Origin: Bdellovibrionota bacterium
Lineage (GTDB): Bacteria > Bdellovibrionota_C > UBA2361 > JBGSMV01
Direction of reading: 5' to 3'
Length of the DNA: 64,000 nt
NCBI GenBank assembly: GCA_041739995.1
Contig: JBGSMV010000026.1
Coordinates: 1-64,000, forward strand
The position numbers were made by a program, and so were the translations under genes. Positions 56,963 to 64,000 of this stretch are shown here, in pieces (position 1 is the stretch's first letter; every line of letters begins with the position of its first letter). Under the pieces are notes generated by a model that saw only the letters and a program-made list of their open reading frames with translations, made no database searches and had not been told where the DNA came from.

Positions 56963-59104
56963 TTAGGAAAACCGAATAAACACTGTAGTGCCGACCTGCA
57001 GCGGGTCACCGCGCTGAATATATTCCGTGTTCCTAAAATCTGGTGGTTCATTACCGAAGAAGAAGCCTCTGACGGCATAGTCTTGATCAAGCAGATTCTT
57101 GCCCCAAATGCTTATGCCCCAATTGGCGCTTTCAAAACCAATCGCCGCGCCAAGCAGATGATAGGACGAAGAGCGCGCATTGTGACTGTCTTGATAATAG
57201 TACCCCGCCTTGCCGGTCATGGACGATTCAACAAATACCCAGTCATTTAAATATCGTCGTGCGCTCACCGCATACTGCCAGTGCGGAGATTGGGCCTGAT
57301 CGCGGCCTTCTAGAAATCGCTCTGGCTCATCAACTTCTGTGAACTCTGTGTGGAGCAAAGATCCTGCAACGCGCAATACAGTTCGATTGGTCGGACGATA
57401 GGAAAGCTCAGTTTCAAGCCCGATGTTTTGTCCGCGTGCGGCGTTATCAGTGAGGTATATAAAGGTGAGCGGATCTGTAGGGTCGCTTTGAAACGAAAGT
57501 TCCGTCTGGACGTCATCACGGAACATTGCGAACACTGACGTATTCCACGTGAGGCGCTGGTCTAAAAACTGGCTCTTAACGCCCGCCTCAAGGTTATAGA
57601 GCGATTCAGCATCATAGGTCTCTTGACCGGGGGGCACCCCAATCGACACATTTACGCCCGGCCCCTTAAAGCCTCGTGATGCGGTAAGAAAAACGTTCAA
57701 GTCGTCTTCGAAGAAATGGTCAAGCGTAATGGACCCACCCCACATTAAATCGTCAGGGCCCTGATTAAAGTCCCGATTATCGTGAAAGGTCGTGTCACGG
57801 TTCTCAAGCCGCCCGCCGATGCGCAGAGCGGTACGAGGGGCGAGTGGAAATTCGTATTCTCCAAAGACTGCTGTAGTAGTCCCTACGTAGTCGCTCTCAT
57901 AGAAATCATAAACCTCACCGTCTGACGAGTTGCGAATCTGGGTGTCTTCGCTAAGTCGTTGGGCATAGACGCCCGTCACCCAGCGTGAAGTTTCGCCGTG
58001 CTGATAGTTCTGGTCAGGCGAATGTAGCTGCACCTCTTGGCTTAAGATTTCGCGAGTGCGATCTGTCGCGGCGAAATAATCGTAGGGAACATAGGGTTCC
58101 CAGAAGGGATTATTGCCCCAGTCACCGTCATAGCTGTAGTCCTGCTTGGTGTGCAGTCCGGTGCTAATCGATCGGATTGAGGCAGAGTCGCTTAAATCTG
58201 CTTCCAGTCGCAGCGCGAAGGCGCCGGTGCCTTGTGAATCATCGCCGGGGCGATCGCTTTGAGTGTTAAGTGAATTATCAATCGCAAAGGTATCGTACCC
58301 ATTATCAAAGTCCATTCCGAGTAGAGTGAGTTCTACGCGAAAGTCGTTGCTTGGAGTTGCCTTGAGCTTTAGTCGAGCAGTGAACTCATCACGGTTATTA
58401 GTATCGGAGCGATTCAGATACAGGTTGTCTCGGAATCCGTCGCTTAAATATTGAAACGCTGAGACGCGGTACTGCAAGATGCCCTCGGTTCCTTCAACGG
58501 GACCACCTGCGGCAACGCCGAATGAACTTAAAGCGTCCGACCCAAGAGAGACCTGTGCGCTTGATTCAGAATAGGGGGTAGGGTCTCGTGATCGGAGTGA
58601 GATTACGCCGGCGAGTGCGCTGGCGCCGTAGCCGACTGATTGTGGGCCGCGCACTACCTCGACTTGATCGATATCGTAGAACGAGGCGACGCTTCCTATC
58701 GTGCTAAAATCAATATCGTCCAGAAACACTCCGACAGAGGTATTCGGGGTACCCTCGTACTGCTCAACTTCCCCAATGCCTCGAATCTGGAAAAAAGTAG
58801 GGCGTGACGTGCCGCCTGACCAATTAAGATTGGGTACGGAGTCCAGTACATCTTGAAGATGGGCAGTGCCGAGAAGTTCCTGATCTTCTCCTCGTATAAT
58901 CGTGCTGTTCGCTGGCGACTCCTGAAGTGAGTCAGGCAAGAGGCTGCTTCGCACCACGATTTCAGTTTGTACCGGCGCAGAAGTTTGCGTTTCTTGGGCA
59001 TAGGAGCGAGTGGGCATACTCATTGCGATAGCGGCTATCGCACAGAGAGCGTGCACAAGGTTTCTGCGCGTTGAAAGGCTAAGTGGAAAAGAAGTGTCGC
59101 CCAT
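56963..59104 (-). CDS. TonB-dependent receptor, probably for thiamine
   Basis: Plug motifs FQIRGIGE and VEVVRGPQSVGYGASALAGVI; barrel ending in F; TPP riboswitch upstream. Confidence 0.92.
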   Translation of the reverse strand: MGDTSFPLSLSTRRNLVHALCAIAAIAMSMPTRSYAQETQTSAPVQTEIVVRSSLLPDSLQESPANSTIIRGEDQELLGTAHLQDVLDSVPNLNWSGGTSRPTFFQIRGIGEVEQYEGTPNTSVGVFLDDIDFSTIGSVASFYDIDQVEVVRGPQSVGYGASALAGVISLRSRDPTPYSESSAQVSLGSDALSSFGVAAGGPVEGTEGILQYRVSAFQYLSDGFRDNLYLNRSDTNNRDEFTARLKLKATPSNDFRVELTLLGMDFDNGYDTFAIDNSLNTQSDRPGDDSQGTGAFALRLEADLSDSASIRSISTGLHTKQDYSYDGDWGNNPFWEPYVPYDYFAATDRTREILSQEVQLHSPDQNYQHGETSRWVTGVYAQRLSEDTQIRNSSDGEVYDFYESDYVGTTTAVFGEYEFPLAPRTALRIGGRLENRDTTFHDNRDFNQGPDDLMWGGSITLDHFFEDDLNVFLTASRGFKGPGVNVSIGVPPGQETYDAESLYNLEAGVKSQFLDQRLTWNTSVFAMFRDDVQTELSFQSDPTDPLTFIYLTDNAARGQNIGLETELSYRPTNRTVLRVAGSLLHTEFTEVDEPERFLEGRDQAQSPHWQYAVSARRYLNDWVFVESSMTGKAGYYYQDSHNARSSSYHLLGAAIGFESANWGISIWGKNLLDQDYAVRGFFFGNEPPDFRNTEYIQRGDPLQVGTTVFIRFS

Positions 59105-59330
59105 ATCGTAATGCTCCGCCTGTGTGGCCGGGCAGCGTGGAATGAGGGCTTAGGAGATGAAGCGCTTTGCACTATAAATTCGACCAATCCAACTGCAGTG
59201 GCTAAGTGCAGAGTACGACCGAAAAGTTTAGATAATAGGGAGGTAGGGAGAAGTGATAGATGAGACTGGCGACACCGCTGGCGACACTTCCGTGTCCTAT
59301 CAAGTCAGTGTCGTATCAAATCGATCGTCC

Positions 59331-59420
59331 TCTTCCCTCCGCCGGTATTATCCGGTTCAGGTGCAAAGGGTTTCATTGCTACTTCGCAATGTCTCAGGCG
59401 CTTTGGCGCCACCCCCAAGG
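59331..59420 (-). ncRNA. TPP riboswitch
   Basis: Minus strand GGGGTG...CTGAGA...ACCCTTTGCACCTGAACCGGATAATACCGGCGGAGGGAAG. Confidence 0.92.
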
Positions 59421-59529
59421 AACACGTGCCCATTGGCACAAAAACTAACTGGGTGCACAAGTAGCAGCTTTGGACCTTGGCAGGCAAGAGTTCAGAATAG
59501 CAGCAGCTATAAGGGTGCGAGCAGGCTGG

Positions 59530-59560
59530 TGAAAAAATGCCCTCCTTGGCACTTTTTCAC
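59530..59560. repeat. inverted repeat (terminator or MITE-like end)
   Basis: gtgaaaaaatgcc / ggcactttttcac downstream of the 59659 gene. Confidence 0.45.
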
Positions 59561-59658
59561 TCGCTCCAAGCTCCCTTCGCGCGATGAGCGGCGCGAAATC
59601 CGCGTCGCTTCGCGAACCTACGCTTTGCTCCAGTCCGCGGCCGGACATCCTGTCTCCT

Positions 59659-60807
59659 CTATTTCTGGGTGCTGATACCGCTTAGGGCTTTATCGTCTCG
59701 ATAGATCTTTCCAAATTCATTCTCAAGGAATTTCATCAGCGGAATGTCTTCGCACTTAATGACCCTGTTGCTGGACTTTGCGACGGTGTCGGAAAGCGCT
59801 CCGGTGAGAAGTAAATCTAGCGGTGCACAGATACCAGAGGCGGTGGTGAGCTGAATGGCACCATAATGGCGACTACCAACTTTCGCATTGTAGACCATGC
59901 TCGCGTAGGTGCGTTGCACCAGGCGCTTCTCGACGTGGCCGACTGCTTCAACAAAAATGAGGCATTTGTCCTGATGCGTTGTCGGAATACTGCGCTCGAA
60001 CACGGTGCGTAGCGTCTCACGATCGTCGGTGAATCGGAGGTCCTGCATCAAGAACGCGACCAGGTCGCGGTGCCCTGGGTAGCGCACTGATTTGTAATCA
60101 AGGCGACGCACCTTCCCAGACAAAGTAGTGCAGAGAGATCCAAGTCCGCCAGAGGTGTTGAAAGCCTCGTACTCATTTCCATCGAGGGAGAAGCGCTCGT
60201 AGCCTTCGAGTGGAAAGGCCTTCTGCAGCACGCCATTATCAATCACCTCGCACATGTTTCCGTACTCATTGATCAGTCCTTCGGTGGACCAAGTAAGGTT
60301 GTATTTGAGGCGGTTGCTTGGATAAATTGGCAAGGCACCAACCCGCATTTTTACTGATTCAAGCTCATCAAAAGTTCGAGCGAGATGCATGGCGGCGATG
60401 CTGATAAATCCAGGCGCGAGGCCGCATTGGGGCAGAAGACAGGCGCCGCTTTTTTTTGCGGTGCCCTTTTCAGCGAGCGCAGTTACGGCGCGCGTTACCT
60501 CAACGTCCTCAGTGAGATCCAGATAGTGAACGCCGGCATCAAGCGCAATTCCGGCGATGCCTGGATTGCAATAGTAGGGCAGGGCACTGATTACCGCCTG
60601 GCAGCCGTCTAGTAACTTACGCGTAGCCGGAATGTTTTTGATATCCAGCGCGTGGAAACTTGTTCCGGTTTTGTGTTGTTGACTAACTCGCTGAGCATTT
60701 TTTTCATCAATGTCGCACACTCGCACATGGTATCTGCCCGACTCCGCCAAAAGAGCGGTGATAGTCTCGCCAATTTTTCCTGCGCCAAAGAGAGCAACGG
60801 TGAACAT
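59659..60807 (-). CDS. saccharopine dehydrogenase / lysine 6-dehydrogenase family protein
   Basis: GAGKIG Rossmann motif, HYLDLTED, CGLAPG, YNLTWSTEGLINEY, EAFNTSGG, RYPGH. Confidence 0.92.
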   Translation of the reverse strand: MFTVALFGAGKIGETITALLAESGRYHVRVCDIDEKNAQRVSQQHKTGTSFHALDIKNIPATRKLLDGCQAVISALPYYCNPGIAGIALDAGVHYLDLTEDVEVTRAVTALAEKGTAKKSGACLLPQCGLAPGFISIAAMHLARTFDELESVKMRVGALPIYPSNRLKYNLTWSTEGLINEYGNMCEVIDNGVLQKAFPLEGYERFSLDGNEYEAFNTSGGLGSLCTTLSGKVRRLDYKSVRYPGHRDLVAFLMQDLRFTDDRETLRTVFERSIPTTHQDKCLIFVEAVGHVEKRLVQRTYASMVYNAKVGSRHYGAIQLTTASGICAPLDLLLTGALSDTVAKSSNRVIKCEDIPLMKFLENEFGKIYRDDKALSGISTQK

Positions 60808-60860
60808 GAAGGGGCTCCATTGATGAGGGTGTCGACAGAATTAATAGAGAGAGAAAAGAG

Positions 60861-60933
60861 CACGCCCGGAGGGAATCGAACCCCCAACCTACGGATTTGG
60901 AATCCGTCGCTCTACCAATTGAGCTACGAGCGT
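60861..60933 (-). tRNA. tRNA-Trp(CCA)
   Basis: ACGCTCG/CGGGCGT acceptor, ACGGA-TTCCAAA-TCCGT anticodon arm, GTTCGATT T-loop; CCA end not encoded. Confidence 0.93.
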
Positions 60934-60966
60934 ACCTGCTACGAACTTAACACAAATCTCCAGCGC

Positions 60967-61090
60967 TCCGTAGGTTGGGCTCCCTTCGGAGAAACACAAG
61001 GCTCGCTAACTCGCCTCACGTCCTACGGATTTGGAATCCGTCGCGTTCTACCACCGTAGCTCAAGTAGTTGAGCTACGAGCGTATCTGCT
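60967..61090 (-). pseudogene. partial duplicate of tRNA-Trp (5' half plus leader) with palindromic insert and inverted fragment
   Basis: cctacggatttggaatccgtcgc and ttgagctacgagcgta.ctgct repeat the real gene; tccgtaggttggg is an inverted copy. Confidence 0.75.
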
Positions 61091-61112
61091 TGCCAAAACC
61101 TATCACAAAGTA

Positions 61113-61185
61113 AGCTGGCAACCGGAGTTGAACCGGTAACCTGCTGATTACAAATCAGCTGCTCTGCCAATTGAGCTATGCCAGC
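61113..61185 (-). tRNA. tRNA-Thr(TGT)
   Basis: GCTGGCA/TGCCAGC acceptor; CTGA-TTTGTAA-TCAG anticodon arm. Confidence 0.93.
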
Positions 61186-61202
61186 GGCTAAATCACCACA
61201 GG

Positions 61203-61333
61203 TGATTTGTAACAAGCAGGTTACCTACTGCCAGGATGCTCGAAGTCTCGCATCCTGACTGATGTTAGGGCTCGAACTTCTCGAGGCTGTCGCCTCGAGG
61301 TACTCGCCCTCCTGCTGATTACGAATCAGCTGC
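61203..61333. repeat. inverted and direct fragments of the tRNA-Thr anticodon arm flanking small hairpins
   Basis: tgatttgtaacaagcaggttacc (inverted) and cctgctgattacgaatcagctgc (direct). Confidence 0.7.
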
Positions 61334-61443
61334 CGAGCTCATGGTCTAGGCAAAAAACACATCCCAAACAGGGTATAATTTCAGCATGTTAGAGATGCTC
61401 AAGCAACTCACGCCGACATTATTCTGACAAATTTCCAAAAATC

Positions 61444-61827
61444 TCAACGTTCTGAGGAAGCTCTGATTCCCCCGCGCTCGTAATCAACGCAAGCGCCAAG
61501 AACCTCAAGGAGGTCAGAGCCGATAATCGCGTTAAACCCAAACCTATTAGCAAAATCCCCTAACTCGACTTCAAAATCTGAAACCGCTTTGTGGGCGAAC
61601 TGAATACTGTTTACCTTCTGAATGACGACATCCTGACTCCCACCAATGCCCGCAAGCTCAACGATACGGGAAGCCCGAGACGGATCCAAGGAGAGTAGTT
61701 TAATGTCCAGCGCGGTGCCTGCCGAACCAGTATCAACGAGCGCTTTGGCCTGAACTTTCACCGAACCACTATATTCAACGACAATCGGTAAAATTTTCAG
61801 ACCACCATCAAGTTTAAAGTACATCAC
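61444..61827 (-). CDS. retropepsin-like (clan AA) aspartic protease
   Basis: ALVDTGSAGT, GIGG flap, IIGSDLL. Confidence 0.88.
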   Translation of the reverse strand: MMYFKLDGGLKILPIVVEYSGSVKVQAKALVDTGSAGTALDIKLLSLDPSRASRIVELAGIGGSQDVVIQKVNSIQFAHKAVSDFEVELGDFANRFGFNAIIGSDLLEVLGACVDYERGGIRASSER

Positions 61828-62054
61828 CCAAACACTCTCATACTTGGGCGCCTCTCAATTACGAAGCGATCTTGATAATCAGGAGTACAAATTACCGCTC
61901 GCTGACCTTTCTTCTGGAGATCGCGATACGCATCATACGTCGTTCCCTCAAAAAACTCGATCCCTAAGAGGTCACCGCCCTGTTGAGTGGCTTCGAGTAG
62001 CGATATCGAATTAGGGAGGCGCCGGGATCCAGGGTCAGCCTTGCCGGAGGTCAA
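61824..62054 (-). CDS. small hypothetical protein coupled to the retropepsin gene
   Basis: Stop/start overlap with 61827; start uncertain. Confidence 0.5.
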   Translation of the reverse strand: MTSGKADPGSRRLPNSISLLEATQQGGDLLGIEFFEGTTYDAYRDLQKKGQRAVICTPDYQDRFVIERRPSMRVFG

Positions 62055-62218
62055 GAGCCAAGGTGGAAGAATATGGACATTCTGGTCCTAGGAGCCCCGT
62101 CGCTTCGAAGTTTAGCGCTCTTGGGCTGATATCGGTGTCGAACCCCCTTTGAGCTTTGTCCGAGACGATCGGTTTACAATGTGTGGCCGATTGGGAATAA
62201 TCCAGCGCCTTAGCGGTT

Positions 62219-62294
<76 letters not shown>

Positions 62295-62472
62295 TTTGTT
62301 GATTTATTTAACAAATAGCAGACGCCTAGCAACGTGTGTAAAAACTCGGGGCTGGATTTTGTTGGGTTGGAGCGTACAGTAGCTCGGTTTTTTGAATGGA
62401 GACCCCCACGGGGGACGTTTCGTTGATTGGTCTTAAGCCCCATGGGGCGTTTAAGAAAAATGAGCGAGATGG

Positions 62473-62548
62473 GCGGCAGTAGCTCAGATGGTAGAGCATC
62501 AGCCTTCCAAGCTGAGGGTCGCGAGTTCGAATCTCGTCTGCCGCTCCA
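62473..62548 (+). tRNA. tRNA-Gly(TCC)
   Basis: GCGGCAG...TCAGC-CTTCCAA-GCTGA...CCA. Confidence 0.95.
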
Positions 62549-62616
62549 TTTCTAACTCGTCATCGATGTGTTCGGGCTTTTTAGCAAGACTGCCTCGATA
62601 GACGTGTATTCCATAC

Positions 62617-62699
62617 GGTGAGGTGCCCGAGTGGCTAAAGGGGGCAGACTGTAAATCTGCTGGCTTACGCCTACGTGGGTTCGAAACCCACCCTCACCA
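62617..62699 (+). tRNA. tRNA-Tyr(GTA)
   Basis: GGTGAGG...GCAGA-CTGTAAA-TCTGC, long variable arm, CCTCACCA. Confidence 0.95.
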
Positions 62700-62916
62700 A
62701 ATTTCGACCGGCCTAGTTGGCCGCTCGCGCACTGGCTGCTTTTACAATTCTAAAGAATTGCAGGCCTGAAGAAGCAGAAGTGCATGGTACGTCGCCACTC
62801 ACGCGTGCCAGTGCCTCACCTATGGCGCTATATCATCTTTCTTAGCGAAAGCTTTCGCGAGTCTTGAGATCGAAACGACGTTGCTGGAGTGCAGCACTCA
62901 CGTGAGCCCGTTTTCT

Positions 62917-64000
62917 ATGGATAAAGCCACTTTCGCAGCATCAGGACGGACTCCTCGCATCATTCTAAAGCGTGGGCGAGAACGCGCGGTGCTCAATCAA
63001 CATCCTTGGGTTTTTTCTGGTGCTATTGCTGAGCACAAACAGGCGCAAGACGGTGATCTTGTATTTGTGTGCGCCCATGATGGCAGCATTGTCGGGAGCG
63101 GCTACTTTAATTCGCGCTGCTCGCTTGCTCTTAGAATGCTGAGCTGCGGAACGACTGAGCCTTTGGAAGTTCTTTCTCAGAACGTCAGTAATGCGATTTC
63201 AGCGCGTGCCGCAATGGTTCCTGCTGAGACCGATGCGTACCGAGTCATCAATGCCGAAGGCGATAAGCTTCCGGGCTTGATAGTGGATCGCTACGGCGAT
63301 GTGCTTGTTCTGCAGGTCGGAAGCCTCGGCATCGAGAAGCTGAAGGATCGCATTGTTTCTCAGTTAGTGGAGAGTTTTTCGCCACGCAGCGTGTGTGAAA
63401 GATCGAATTCGAATTCTCGTACTCTTGAGGGTTTGTCGCCCGCTGAAGGGGTGCTGTTTGGCGAAGATCCTGGAGTGATTGACGTGCGAGAGCACGGATT
63501 GCTCTTCCGTGTGGATGTTCGTGAGGGACAGAAAACAGGATTTTTCCTCGATCAACGAGAAATGCGGGCGCGCGTCGGAAGCATGTCGCAAGGAAAGAGC
63601 GTCTTGAATTGCTTTGGGTACACCGGTGGCTTTTCGGTCTATGCCGCCAAGGGTGGGGCAACCTGCGTGTCGACGGTGGATATTTCAGAGGGTGCGATTG
63701 AGGGGGCGCGAGAGAACTTTCTTCTGAATGGCCTCAAGCTCGAAGCGCACAAGTTTCATGTGGCGGATGTGTTTTCATTTCTGCGTGATGACACGGCGCA
63801 GTATGACTTGGTGATTCTTGATCCTCCGGCATTTGCGAAAAAACAGAACCAGGTTTCACAGGCGGCGCGAGGTTATGGAGATCTTAATAGGCTTGGATTC
63901 TCCAGAGTTGCTCCAGGCGGCGTGCTGGTGACCTGTTCCTGCTCGCATTTTGTTGACGAGAAGCTTTTTCGTCAGGTGGTTTTTCAGTCCGGCGCCCACA
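62917..64000 (+). CDS. rlmI: RlmI-like class I SAM-dependent rRNA m5C methyltransferase, 3'-partial
   Basis: Hand translation: ILKRGRERAVLNQHPWVFSGAI (PUA), EGDKLPGLIVDRYG, GQKTGFFLDQR, VLNCFGYTGGF, VILDPPAF, LVTCSCS. Confidence 0.88.
   Translation, partial: MDKATFAASGRTPRIILKRGRERAVLNQHPWVFSGAIAEHKQAQDGDLVFVCAHDGSIVGSGYFNSRCSLALRMLSCGTTEPLEVLSQNVSNAISARAAMVPAETDAYRVINAEGDKLPGLIVDRYGDVLVLQVGSLGIEKLKDRIVSQLVESFSPRSVCERSNSNSRTLEGLSPAEGVLFGEDPGVIDVREHGLLFRVDVREGQKTGFFLDQREMRARVGSMSQGKSVLNCFGYTGGFSVYAAKGGATCVSTVDISEGAIEGARENFLLNGLKLEAHKFHVADVFSFLRDDTAQYDLVILDPPAFAKKQNQVSQAARGYGDLNRLGFSRVAPGGVLVTCSCSHFVDEKLFRQVVFQSGAH

Overview
Bacterial accessory region of about 55 kb followed by a short housekeeping tail. 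The window opens with a partial RAYT-like Y1 (HUH) transposase that the ORF track misses. At least seven same-orientation remnants of one IS91/ISCR-like rolling-circle element follow, five of them ending in the same oriIS-like terminus. These remnants carry short palindromic REP-like insertions and abut gene fragments (sppA, flagellin). Between them lie many orphan ORFs, a GHKL ATPase, an ART-like protein, a GT-C-like membrane protein, secreted Cys-rich mini-proteins with a thioredoxin-domain neighbour, and six dockerin-bearing secreted proteins with three sigma54-type promoters. A frameshifted secreted peptide there has perfectly mirror-symmetric Cys spacing. A further block encodes paralogous effector-like proteins, a lipase and an Lrp-type regulator. 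The right end holds rocD, a TPP riboswitch with a TonB-dependent receptor, a saccharopine dehydrogenase-family gene, five tRNAs (the tuf-cluster set, rearranged and with partial echo copies), a retropepsin gene pair and a partial rlmI-like methyltransferase. All family calls come from motif recognition by eye; no searches were run.
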